A stretch of DNA of 64,000 nt from Lobosporangium transversale (Eukaryota), in contig NW_019028992.1 of the NCBI RefSeq assembly GCF_002105155.1, positions 682,001 through 746,000 on the forward strand. Reading direction: 5' to 3'. Positions within the stretch are counted from its first letter, which is position 1. Every line of letters starts with the position of its first letter. The position numbers were made by a program, and so were the translations under genes. This document shows, one piece after another, positions 37,081 through 49,535 of the stretch. The notes below the pieces were generated by a model. The model saw only the letters and a program-made list of their open reading frames with translations. It was not told the origin of the DNA and made no database searches.

Positions 37081-38621
37081 ATGAGAGTATCAACAGCAAC
37101 AACAACAGCAACAACAGCATCAGCAACATTAATTACGGCGACACCTATTACTCTTATTTATTGCAAAAAAACTTCTTAATAGAGGATGAATGGGGTCCTA
37201 TGAGAAGCTGGACCTTCTCGAATTCCCACTATACCACATCTGCCATAAACATAGTCCTACTTTTTCCAACATTAATAATATAGTCTTTTCATAATAAATA
37301 TGTTCTTCAAAAAAAAAAATTCTTATGTGTGTTTGTACAAGATAAGGGCTTGGTATCAAAGGCATAAAGACAGATAGTCAGGTAAATAGTTTAACAAGTG
37401 GAGAGAGAGAGAGACAAGGAAGAGTAAGGAAAAAAAAAAAAAAAAAAAAAAAAAAGTGTTGTCTGTGAGAGACTGTGTCAGAGATGGAACTGTGCACTGT
37501 GACACAGTCAATGCAATGATATTGACTTTTTTATTTTATTTTATTTTATTTCTTTCGTTTCCTCATATTTATTGCTGAAGGGGATGGGTGAGATGAATGA
37601 GTGTTGGAATGAAACATGCAAATTGAAAAGATTGCAATGACAAGGTGAATATCCTCATTCGCTCGACATGTGTTTGACACCACAGTCAACAAAAGACATA
37701 CCATCACAGCCATGTTGCCGCGTAAAATGTGGCGCCATGCCTGTTTATAATCAAGCTATATGCTGTTTATCGCCATGACTAATGCCGAGAAGTGGAAAGA
37801 GGAAGAGATCGAGTCAATATCCAGACTAGAATATCATGATCTTTAATCTGAGTCACAACTATTCTCTTGATGAGGTCTTCGCCGCAGTAAACATTGCCCG
37901 GATATTTCCTAGCAAAGAATAAGCGCTTATAACTGTCAAACTTTTCTGAGTACCGCCAAAAAAAAAAAAAAAAAAAAAAAAAAGCATCAAACAACGATGC
38001 AATACTTTTCAGTAAACCTGCAAACATCCATGGTCTTTGGCTTGGCATTACTTTTATCTTTGAACTGTATTCAACGCCACTAAAAAAGGACCTCTTTTTC
38101 AATGTCTATAGGAAAATAAGGCCGAACAAAGAGAAAGAAGTTCCGAAAGTAAGAAATCTCTTAGACTGTCTTGGCGTTTCTTGGCCTCTTAAAACAAAGT
38201 ACAGGGGCCCTTTGTTAGCTTTGTTTTCATACTTGGTTGAAAGGCCATCTAAAACAAAAGACAATTGGATGCAGTTTACTTTTTCTTGGTGGAGATGGTG
38301 AGATGGTGACAAGTCCGATTTTTGTGTAACTCGATACCCGCAGCAAAGAATGATACATATTGCAACACGCCGAGATCCATCCGGACTGACGTTGGTCTTG
38401 TTTGTTACTCTTGGTGTTTTGTCATTGTTAATTTTGAAGAAGAAAAACATAAAATAATAATGAGCTGACGGACATTTTTTATTTTTTTTTTTCTATAAAA
38501 GCAATCTTCTACCATTCAAAAAGCTATCCTTCAAAAGTCAGCTTCGCAAAAGAGAAACATCGCAGACAAAATCATACCTTGTCAATACAGCTCCCCACTC
38601 ACCTAACTCATATCAAGTACA

Positions 38622-38834
38622 ATGTCGCTCTTCAAGTCTGAAAAGAAAAAGTACATCCCTATCGAGTCAACCGAAGATCAGAAGCCTCGTGACCCAACGC
38701 AAGATTCCTCCCGAAGCACGGTTACGGCCCCTACTACAACACAAACTAATATCCCCATCAAGGACCAGAGTCTTCACTCGACTATCAAGCAAGCCATGAC
38801 CAGCAGTGTAAACAATGCTTTTAATTTGCGTTAA
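38622..38834 (+). CDS. Small protein (70 aa), M[P/S]LFKS family, copy 2
   Basis: TATAAAA at 38494, ACAATG start context; shares M.LFKS.K..ST..Q.PR...Q and a C-terminal [L/I]K..MT.S..N with 33482..33664. Confidence 0.65.
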   Translation: MSLFKSEKKKYIPIESTEDQKPRDPTQDSSRSTVTAPTTTQTNIPIKDQSLHSTIKQAMTSSVNNAFNLR

Positions 38835-39687
38835 GCTCCGCTCTATCCCCTAACATGCACACATGAACATACCCAAGTGGAGCCATTCCCTCTGTCATAC
38901 TAGTAACCGCGTCATGGCTTGATTAATAAACTAAATAAAAAAAAAAAAAATAAAAAAAATAAAAAAAAATCGGATCCTTGAACTGACTGCAACAAATTAC
39001 GTGTAGTCTTGCGTGTGCCTGAAGTGTATGTTATTTTCTATAGCGATGAATATTGCAGCAAAGTTTTCATTTTATTTTATTTGTTTATTTATTTCAGTTT
39101 CTTTTTATTCCTTCTAAACAGAGCTTGATCAGTGCTATTTCAGGCAACGATATGAGGCCTTGCTTACATGGGCGAAACAGTGATAGCAGCGCGTGTCGAA
39201 ATTTTAACAATTTAGTTTTTTTTCTTCGATCACGTTGATCTCCACACATGGTCAGAGATTCATCTTGAGCGACTATCATGCACAATATAATCATATAAGC
39301 ACAACGCAGCCAAGATTCTCAATCTTAATATCCTCTTCTCCTTCGCCTATGTATGGAAGTCAAGGTCAGATGCTTATTCGTTTATTCGAAGAAGGTTGCT
39401 GGGATACCCATTTTTTTTTTTTTTTTTTTTTTTGTTATTGTAAGCATAGACTCCTCCATAGTAGTATTTGCAAATTGTGAATTGAGAGAGTGAATTAAGA
39501 TCAGGACAAAGCAGATCCAATGAAAATATATCTGCAAATATAATGAGAACTCAATAATCATCAATAGCAAGTATTAATCATAGTGGTTCATCTTCTCAGG
39601 GGTTTTTTTTTTTTTTTTTTTTCGTATGCTTAATGTGATTGATTTCTAATCTATAAATTGTTTATGTTTTTGTAATTATTGTTGAAG

Positions 39688-41776
39688 TTATTCAGCTCCA
39701 ACACCGAGTACACTCTCGCCATCCTTGATCTTTCTCAACGCTTCCAAAACGGGGACGGAGGGGCATCCAGCGGGTGCAAAATGAATAACGAAATCGCCTT
39801 CCGCATAATACTTTGGGAATGTGTTCATGGTATGGTCGTCCTTGTCATAAAGATAGACCTAAACGATAAATAGATGCATATTAAATTAGTCACATAGCAC
39901 ATTGTTTCTTTGAATCTATACAGCCTTTCAAATAAATAAGCAAACAAAACAAAACAGAAACTTACTCCTGGTGCCCACCTAGGGTCAGTCATCACATCCC
40001 AAATGGCGGCCTGCTCATAGCTAGATTTACGGTACCAGCCTACTTTAGTCTGGACTTCATTGAAGAAGCGACGTGTCCAATCTGTGTTCTTGATCAGCAT
40101 GACTCCAGCATTCAACATCTTGTCCTTGACAGGTTTGGCAACGATCAAGCTGATTTCCTGACCACTCTGACTCTTTGTTTCTGCTTCTCGAATGATCTCA
40201 CGCACATCTTTCTCCATGTTTGCAATCACTGCATCCATATCCATCCAGAGCAGCCATTCATAATGAGGAAGTACTTTCTGGATGGCACCGATTTTACCCC
40301 ACACCAACCGACGTCCTCGGAATTCTTCTTGAATAAATTCGGCGGCACGGGCCACAAAGTCGAATCCATATTTGGCAGCATACATGCGTTTGTTCTCCGC
40401 AGATGGAAGTGATGCTTCCGCCATACACATGTCAAAATAGATATAGGAGGATGTCAAGACTGCAACATTTTTCTTTCTGTTGAGGTCAACAGCGCAAGCG
40501 GGGGTGGGCAGAACGCTCAATTTTTCAACAATAGGTATCCAGTCTTCTAACTGGTAGACCTGACCTACTGCCTGTGATGTCGCGTCGACTAACTCAATCT
40601 CATTAACCCACAGTTGTGCTGGACCTTTTATAGCCTTGACAGTCGCAGAAGTTGGGTTGCTGGCAAAATAGAGTGTAGCTGCAGTAAAAATATCGAGCAA
40701 ATGGTGATTTTCTTTGATGGCAACTCGGTTCTTGACAATCTGCTCTGCAATATCATAAGAAGCTATACCAGCAAAAGGTACAGCTGTTATTGATGTTGAT
40801 AAGTCTGCTGGTCTCGATGGCGTTGTAGGGACCACTGATTCACCACCCCAAGTTTGAACAAACCCTGTCATAGAAGCACTCATAGACGCTTTGACACTCT
40901 CCTCTATTTTTGGCAAATTTACAATTGTAGTTGAGTCGAAGATCAAAATTTTCTCGACCTTAATGTTTTGCTCTGGAATAAAAGTTTCCACCTAGATACA
41001 TTGATTAACATTGAAAAAAAAAAAAAAAAAAAAAAAAAATAGAGAGCATTAATAGGATGAATAGGGGTCAAATTAAATACGTATTCTTCAAGAGTGGCGA
41101 TCCATCATTGACGTAAACAAAGTAAAAATAAACTTACCGCCCAAGCCAAAGCATCCCCCCAGATGGCATGTCGATCCGTAACAGTCTTGTTGATGAAAAC
41201 ATGATCATTGTACTCCATAAATTCAGCATAGAGTTCACGGACTTGTCCTTGCATATACTCAGCCGAATGGATTCGAGTCTTGAGCCAGGAAGAAAGGCCA
41301 TGGATATAAAACTTGTAGATGATCTTGCCATCATATTTTTTACAGGGCGTCAAGTTGTTTTTGATCCCAAACACCGTCTGTCGCACCCATTGACGGTTCT
41401 GAATCTGAGTCCAGCTCGAGGGGATCAAAATCAGAGTGTCATACTTTCCAGATGTATTGGGTTCTGTTACTACAGTAGGCTCTGTCACAGTCTTGACCGA
41501 TGATGGTGCTGATGATGGCTGTGATGGAGTACTGGGTTTCTTAATATCATAATCACGGTCATTATCGTCATAGTTATGGCTTGTGTCGCCTTGACCGTCA
41601 CCTTGTTGCTGATGCTGTTGTTGTTGTTGTTGTTGTTGTTGTGGATATTTGTTGTTGTCTACTTCTTTGTTGCTGCCATATGAAGGGCTATTACTGGATT
41701 TATGATATGATAAGACAATGACCAGTATAAAAATAACCGCTGTTATCAAATACAGCTTCTTTGCTTGAACGGCCAT
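39688..41776 (-). CDS. Type II membrane glycosyltransferase: GT31-like N-terminal domain + GT34 (GMA12/MNN10) domain; exons ~41776-41138, 40991-39966, 39858-39688
   Basis: N-terminal TM anchor (KKLYLITAVIFILVIVLSY). C-terminal ENKRMYAAKYG..WGKIGAIQKVLPHYEWLLWMDMDAVI..LNAGVMLIKNTDW..YEQAAIW..GDFVIHFA matches GT34. Confidence 0.85.
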
Positions 41777-42856
41777 TGCCTTTAAGATGGTAATATGAGG
41801 GCAATATGAGGCTGCTAGAAAAGTGAGAAATAGCGAGATAGAAGAGGAGGGAAGGGGGGGGGGGGAAAAAAAGGGAGGAATGAAGCGGAAAAAAGATGAA
41901 TGAGTGCCCATCACCGGGATGTTTGATTTTAATTTAGAGCAAAGTATAAAATATACACTATATTTTATTCTCAAAGCAGTGGTTGCTATAAAACGGTAGT
42001 GAAAGGTTGACGACATCGCCTTTTCTCCTTTTTTTATTATTAAACGCAGACATGTAAAGGCAGAACAAGATAAATGAAGGCATTTCCTTGCTAGATATTA
42101 TCCAATGATGGTTGTGGGATAAAAGCCCATTCAGCCTATAATGGAAAAGGTTTCTTGATAACTCTTTTAAACCTTACACATTGTAAGAGCTATGTGGCTT
42201 AGACGAGTGAATTCTCGCAGTTAAGAGTTTCAAATTTGCGGATTGTTTGTTCGATCTTTTCAAATTTCAAAAGAGGTTAGAGACACTATTGTGTTGAGGC
42301 AAACGGGATTTTTAACAGATGTAAAAAAGCCAGTGAACATCAATCCATCTATCTACTTCGGCTCAATCAATCAATCAATCAAGCCTATCTTTACTACGGA
42401 CATGAGTATCAGCACGGTAGTCAATTGCACAACACCTTCTCGTAATATGTTGGTCATCAGGCTACATCAAAGTTGTTCTTTTATGAGGACTTGATCTAAC
42501 ATTAGGATACAATTCAAATCAGGTCAATTGACATTCAAAAGCTTCAATCTCACGGCTTCCTCACATTACAGTTTCAGTACATTCTTGTAATATACACAAA
42601 ACCTGCATCGACCAACATAATCTCATGGATCAACTTTAAATCTATTAGATTAGCTTTTCAACTAAAGTGGGAATCAATTGAAGGCTGCAAACAGACTTTA
42701 AAGCTTCAGTGAAATCGAAAGCATGCAGGGAATATAAGAAATAACATCCATAAAACGACTTACTATTAGTTGCAAGACCAATTGAACTCATCGCTTGATA
42801 TATCTTTGTCTATCTTTTTTTGTTGGCATTACAACAATCAATCGTTTAGACTAAAA

Positions 42857-43471
42857 ATGGGAGCCTACAAGTATCTCGAGGAGTTGGCCAAGAAGAAGCA
42901 GTCTGATGTTATGCGCTTCTTGCTCCGCGTTCGCTGCTGGGAGTACCGTCAGTTGAATGTCATCCACCGCGCCTCGCGCCCCTCGCGCCCTGACAAGGCT
43001 CGTCGCTTGGGATACAAGGCCAAGCAGGGATATGTCATCTACCGTATCCGTGTCCGCCGTGGTGGTCGCAAAAAGCCTGTTCCCAAGGGTGCTACCTATG
43101 GCAAGCCTGGTGGACATGGTGTGAATCAGCTCAAGTACCAGCGTTCGCTCCAGGCCACTGCTGAGGAGCGTGTTGGCCGCAAATGCGGTAACTTGCGTGT
43201 CCTCAACTCGTACTGGGTCAACCAGGATTCGACCTACAAGTACTTCGAAGTCATCTTGGTCGATCCCTCCCACAAGGCCATCCGTCGCGATCCCCGTATC
43301 AACTGGATTGTCAACCCTGTCCACAAGCGCCGTGAGGCTCGTGGTCTTACCTCAGCCACCAAGAAGAACCGTGGTCACGGCAAGGGCCATGGCTTCAACA
43401 AGACCATTGGCTCTGGTCGCCGCGCCAACTGGAAGAGACGCAACACCCTCTCTCTCCGTCGCTACCGCTAA
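42857..43471 (+). CDS. RPL15: 60S ribosomal protein eL15 (intronless CDS; probable 5'UTR intron ~42274-42849)
   Basis: [40 protein letters not shown]. Confidence 0.99.
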   Translation: MGAYKYLEELAKKKQSDVMRFLLRVRCWEYRQLNVIHRASRPSRPDKARRLGYKAKQGYVIYRIRVRRGGRKKPVPKGATYGKPGGHGVNQLKYQRSLQATAEERVGRKCGNLRVLNSYWVNQDSTYKYFEVILVDPSHKAIRRDPRINWIVNPVHKRREARGLTSATKKNRGHGKGHGFNKTIGSGRRANWKRRNTLSLRRYR

Positions 43472-43723
43472 AGCGTCTTCTCCCTTTGCTATTTCCATTG
43501 GGAAGGCGTGCGCTCGTGGATATCTGGACTTGGGCATGTACTTGGTCGCTTTTTGGCTTACCATTTCGGCTGGGTGTTCATATCCTGAAATAAATTCAAA
43601 ATGTTACGACAATATTTAATTTTATATATATATATGGTTTAAGTTGACATTTTTATTCGCCAAATGCGCTTACAAGAGTAGAGCACAATCTAAGCAAAGA
43701 AGTTAGAGTACACGGGATTTTTT

Positions 43724-44683
43724 TTATTCATCATCAGACTCTGCTTTAGCCTGGCTTTTCTTTTTCTTTTTTGCCATCCTATTTGCACGCTCGTCCATGT
43801 ATGTTGAAAAGAAGTCAGTTGGTCGCTTCTTTGTTGAAGAAGAATGTGCCGAGACTTTGGGCATTGATTGTGAAGATTCAACATTATGTTCTGGTGGTGG
43901 TGCTCCATTTAAGACCGCAGGATGAACTGTAGCTTCGTATTTGATCTTTTGATCTTTATTCTTCTTCTTTCCCTGATGTGATGGCAGCGATGATGACAAT
44001 GCTTCTTGAGGTGGTTTAACAATATCATTCGGTGATATGGAAGTGTTTGTCTTATTTGATCCGCCACCGATATTTCGTGTCCTACTGTCCTCCTCATCCT
44101 CAGCTTTCTCCTGCAACTCTTTCCGACGAGCAGCCATCATTAATTTGTGCTCCATGTACTTGTCTGGCAAATCATTCTTTGCAGCGGCTTCTGCACGCTG
44201 AATGTCGGCCTGTACAGTGCCTCCTGTTAATTGACGCTTCAATTTTGATTCAAAAGCATTCATAGGAACGTGACGCATTTGATCTTTATGAGAGATGAAT
44301 TTAGCTCCAAGTCCGAGACTACAAATTATAGAAAAGATATGATCAGTAATTTTCGGTTGCATTTCCAATGAGTGCAAACCAATATCATTCTCCAAAACTA
44401 TAGGAAATGTTTTTCTTTTTTTTTTTATATACCCTGGCTGCCTTGGCTTAACGACAGTTGCAGCTGCAAACCCTCCCGAACCATTGTTATCATGCTCGTC
44501 ATCTGAAAATGCGTCTACGTTGAGCCAAGAGGAGACTTTGTTGCGCGCTAGTGAAACCGAGACGTCGAGTTGTGTTTGTAATGTACTTAAAGCCTCAAAT
44601 TTCTCTTTGCGTTGCTTCTTAGTGAGGTGGCCTCCTACAGATCCTGATGCTGTTGATGTAGATGCTATAGTCGATGTTGACAT
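43724..44683 (-). CDS. Basic hypothetical protein, DUF3245-like; one intron ~44431-44321
   Basis: VSVSLARNKVSSWL and (after splicing) PRQPG-LGLGAK resemble my recollection of fungal DUF3245 proteins; Lys-rich C-terminus. Confidence 0.6.
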   Translation of the reverse strand: MSTSTIASTSTASGSVGGHLTKKQRKEKFEALSTLQTQLDVSVSLARNKVSSWLNVDAFSDDEHDNNGSGGFAAATVVKPRQPGYIKKKRKTFPIVLENDIGLHSLEMQPKITDHIFSIICSLGLGAKFISHKDQMRHVPMNAFESKLKRQLTGGTVQADIQRAEAAAKNDLPDKYMEHKLMMAARRKELQEKAEDEEDSRTRNIGGGSNKTNTSISPNDIVKPPQEALSSSLPSHQGKKKNKDQKIKYEATVHPAVLNGAPPPEHNVESSQSMPKVSAHSSSTKKRPTDFFSTYMDERANRMAKKKKKSQAKAESDDE

Positions 44684-45045
44684 TGTTATTTATTCACGAT
44701 GTTCCTTTCCAGGAATGGTGTGCTTTTTTTTTTTGTGATAGACTGCTTTATTATGACATCACGTGAGCTCTATAAATCCTGAGCAGAACAGTCTATGGCT
44801 TGCATGCCATCATTTATATCTATCCGGCGCCAGGGTCAAAACTAGTGTCGGGACTTGTCTTTCGCATAACGCGTGAAAAGGCAAATCGTAAAGGTGTCGA
44901 ACTCTATACAACGACTTACCGATATAAGCTATTCTTAAGATACACTGTGCTGGTTCGCGTTCTATATAGAGCGGTGATTCCGTCAGTCTTGACGCGAACG
45001 TATGAGTTTTTTCTTATTCAACTACACAAAGTGACATGTATTCTT

Positions 45046-45079
<34 letters not shown>

Positions 45080-45369
45080 ATTACAGGTGTTTAAAGATCC
45101 TATACCAAAATTCGCGAACCCCGATGAATGGTACACTATCAAAGTGTGATGGGTATTCACATTTGTTGCCCTATTTTGTTAGCAATACTGTTTCTCCTTC
45201 TAATATCTTCATTGCATCTACTACATCTCCCCATTCTATCGCAGATAAAACAAGTCATCCATCATTTTGTGCAAGTTACTGTAGATCTTTCCATAAGTTC
45301 TGCGCGCAGATCAATCCCCAAAATGTATTCCTTGACATTCTTTAGTTCTCTCGTAGGTTTAAGATCCAA

Positions 45370-46630
45370 TATACAACCTATCTCAATCCCAAAGTTTGTT
45401 CCTTGAAGTCCTTAATCCGGCCTTGCAGAGCAACAAAAATAAATGCGACGTCATCAGAGGAGTCAATCCACTTCCTTTCTCGCGGTTTTCAAAAGTTCTT
45501 TGAAGGGTCTGCTTTTAATACCATGATTTTTGTCATTGTCCGTCGCAACTTGGAGTAGATTTCTCGACGCTAGAAACATATCCACACAGCCAAAGAGCTT
45601 GCTTCTTGGCAATCACGATCCTTGTATCTCGTCGTCCACGTAGCTCCCAGCAGTACTGAAGGACTCTGTCCTTGGCTTTGGTTTGATATCGATAATCATT
45701 TCAGTGTTGTCACCAAGGTTCCTGGCTTGAACGCAGCGGCTACTTGTCTTCAGCATGTGCCGTGTATAATGTTCGAACATTGATCCTTCAACGTCTCTAG
45801 TTGTGCCAGCCAATGTAATATCCTATTCCAAGTGTTGTCGTTCACCGCTTTGTATAGCTTTTCGATGATACGATCAGATGTCCATTTTAATACAAATCCC
45901 CTATGATTTCTATTGGAAAATGGTCTGAGAAGATAGTTCTGACTATCGTAAGCCTTGGTGTTGGTGAACTGTCGACTAGAAATCAAGTGCTAGATAGGTC
46001 CAGGAAGGGTCTGAAAGCCTCTATTTTCCATATCGAACAGTGGGTAGTCCACCAGAAGCATAACACATTGAATCTCCCTTTTGCTACATGATGATAATAA
46101 GTGGACCATCTACATCGCTAGTGGCAAGCGAAGTAAATGAGAAAGGTCGATTTTTCTATACCGGGTATCCTTATGACAATGATACTATCTTGACCAGACT
46201 TTCCAGCGAGTACTCTGTCTTCGTGTTTACAAAGCTTTTTGACGACTGTGTTGTAGAGTTCTTTGAAAGCTTGTCTTACATATAGGCTTGCATTCGATCA
46301 CAGATAGGTCTCTCTCATTGGGTATCACGTCCATATCTTGAAAAGATACGTTTTGAAGGGTAGTGTCGATTCGGGGTATTGAATAGTACAGGCCTTCCCC
46401 AGTTGTGATGCCTTCACTATCTTCAAGCACTAAAACCGGCACTTTACTCGTCACATTTTCGTCGAGGTTGTGTACATGTGGATACAAGAAGTTTACTGAT
46501 TTTTCCTCCTATCCTCCACATATACTCTCCTTTCTCCCAAGAGAATGATGCTTGATGGAAGAACCACGTGTCATTATCAATAACATATATCAACTCTACC
46601 CGAGAATGGACGTCTTTTATTATTGACAGT
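45370..46630 (-). pseudogene. Crinkler/RHS-like effector relic (fragmented)
   Basis: Overlapping short frames (46227-46487, 45750-45986, 45613-45813) with LKWTSDRIIEKL..EGSMFEHYTRHML..QARNL, the G.xFE..xH..L pattern of CRN/RHS-type C-termini; multiple frameshifts. Confidence 0.45.
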
Positions 46631-46692
46631 AATTTCTTTCATTTCATTCTTCACACTAATGCCCCATTTAGTGTTTGTTTGCCTTTACTTCT

Positions 46693-47554
46693 TTACTTAG
46701 CCTCCTCTGTCTTTGACAAGAGATTGTTCTCTTTCAAAAGAGCTTCAATCTCGGGTTGATTAAAGACTCGACGCACCACACGTCCATCTACCAATTCCAG
46801 CGTGGCAACCTCGACTATGTGTACAAATATAAAAACCTAGTGTTAGCTGCTATTCTACAAGTTCATATATCCGTTGTACTATTTGTTGACTATGTACAAT
46901 GACTGACTTACGTTTATCAGATCCCAATGATGTTGTGTCCATGGTCTTGCTGAGGACCTTAATTGCCAGATTTTTTGCTTCTTGCAAGGTCATGCCTTCT
47001 TCCTTATATTCCTGTCTCAAGATGCCTTGAGCACTAGCGGTGTTGGCTCCAATGCAGGTTGCCTTCCAGCCAGCATAATTTCCCGATGGATCCGAGTGAT
47101 ACAACTGAAATCCGTAGTGCTCATCCCATCCACCATAAATGAAAGACACGCCGAAGGGACGGAGACCTACGGTGCAAGATTTTAACATCAATTTAGCGAA
47201 TAATAATGAGGAAAAAAAAAATTAAAATAAAATAAAATAAAATAAAAAAGCTCACGGACTTGGATAACTCAACAGTCAAATGCAAAGATCAACTATAAGT
47301 TACCTCCGTATTGAGTGTATCCCTGCTTCAGGTCACAAAGCCTCTGAACAAGTTGCTCACATGGCATATCTTCATTGTATGTATAGAGGTACTGCTGTGC
47401 CGCTGTCTGGACATAGTTGATCAAAATATTGGCATCTGACGTGATACCGGCGACTCCACAGATCATATTGCTGAAATTTGACAACAAATCATAAAATAAA
47501 ACATATGATGAGAAAATATATTAAGAATGAGAAAGTGCTAATAAGATACCAAAC

Positions 47555-47612
<58 letters not shown>

Positions 47613-47972
47613 AAACATTGCAATTATTACTCGTTGATGATATAGATCTTCTCGCCTCCCTTGGTCTCATCCAGCAGTTTCGAAGCAACTTTCTTTTCTG
47701 CTGCAATCACAAGTCCATCCTTGGCTAAGATTCCAAGTGCTGTACTGGCATGGGAGATGGCTTCCATTGCATATTCTACCTGATACAAACGACCTATGTT
47801 ATTTTAAGTAATAGATAGATTTTGGCGTGCCAATAAAAAAAAATAAATAAAAAAAAAGACGTTAGTTTACGGTCGCGCACAAAAGAATCTATATTCATCT
47901 AGGTAAGCCATGCTATCTATCGATCAGACCAATTTTCTCAAATATGTAAAATGTAATAACATGATAACATGA

Positions 47973-48003
<31 letters not shown>

Positions 48004-48150
48004 GACAGTGCTTAGCATTCAATAGCCAAAAGCGACCTGAAAAAAAACGTTCATGAACAAATAATTGTCAGGAGAAATTTTCCGTTTTTGCATTCCATTT
48101 TTACCTTCTGGTGAGAAGATGGTTGTTCGGGCGTCATATCTGCGAGACAT
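46693..48150 (-). CDS. PRE9: 20S proteasome subunit alpha-3; exons ~48150-48105, 47793-47631, 47471-47304, 47167-46912, 46815-46693
   Basis: [76 protein letters not shown]. Confidence 0.97.
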
Positions 48151-49078
48151 GGTTGTTGAAAAATAAAAAAAGTTGTTTGTAAAGGATGAGGAAAAGAGAA
48201 TGTGGTTGTTTCGAAACTAAATTCTAATATTTTTTTTTTTTTTCCGATGATTTCTATGTCTCGGCCTGCAAGTTTTGAATTGGTTATGGGAAACAATTGA
48301 GAAAAGTGGAAGAGGCATGTGTGTGCGTGTATGGTTGCAGACGCGTCCCTGTGTAGCGTGTGTTCTGTGACTGTGTAGTATCTGTACAGCACAATCTTGG
48401 CCCTATTACGTCATTAGGCCAAGATTGTGCTGTACTGGAATATCTACTCCATGTCGTTGCAAGAAATTGTACACTTCAGCTTTTTATCGCCACTATTTTT
48501 GTTTTCCGTCTATTATTCTTTTCCGGCAAAGCAGGGGTGAACCAGCTTTCTGTGGTTTAGTCCTATCTCTGTACTTGCTTGGCGGCTAGTGGCGCAGCAA
48601 GATGTCACCCGATGCATTGCGGCCAGCGGCAAGTGCATCCAGGTATAGTATAAAGTCTTCAATTTCTGCGGCCAGTGACGAGATTTTGGAGCAATGGTTT
48701 GGTTGTTTGACTCTTTGTCTGATGAGTTTATCTGATATATAATACACATAACTGTATGTGTTTGCGTGTACTAATTACTTTCTCTTGTTCAAGTCCTAGT
48801 TCTTCTGACTAGTTTTTCAACTACACCAGCGGGAGACACAGATTAAGTTACGAGTCTAGACTAGGATACAGTTATCAGTATAGCACTGTCCATTACTCAG
48901 CTCATCCATTGAAGAGGTTACCTCTATTCCACTTAACCCAAGCAATATGCAATAGTTTTATTATTTTGCAATGTTTCTTATTTAAATAAACTACGCCATT
49001 GTTCTGGTTCCTATACTCAATTGCAATATCTCACTTAAACAGAGTCTATATCCAGAATAAAATACCTTGATATCCCTT

Positions 49079-49535
49079 TTACTCCTCCTTACCATCATTA
49101 GCTTCTCGCTTCCTTTTGCCATTCTTGGCTGGGGAGGATAAAGTAAGAGCGATTTGAGTTAGGTACTGCTGCATCAGCTGTCTCTTTCCTCCACCAAGTG
49201 CACCCCAGCCCTTCAAGTCCTTGCAATGCCGTTGAACCAATGCTGCAAATCCAAGTGAGGTGTTTAAGAGATAACAGAGTTCAGTATTCACCTCTTCATC
49301 TGATCCTGGTACCATTACTGAGCCAACCTCAAGCGCCCGAAAGCAGCCGGACAGATCCATCATCAGAAAGCTGACTTTCTGCTCATATGTCTGGATTCCA
49401 AAGATATGGAATGGTGTAGGGTCTCTTCTCTTTTCTAGACTCGTCCACAAGATGTGTGCCCATCCAATCCGCATATCTCGAATGAGCTTATACTTGTCTG
49501 CCTGTTTCTTGCCCCTCTTGGCTCCCTGCATCCTG
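49079..49535 (-). pseudogene. Isolated C-terminal fragment of an REase-like orphan family
   Basis: GAKRGKKQADKYKLIRDMR..FHIFGIQTY..MMDLSGCFRALEVGSVMVP; no intact upstream exons seen. Confidence 0.35.
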
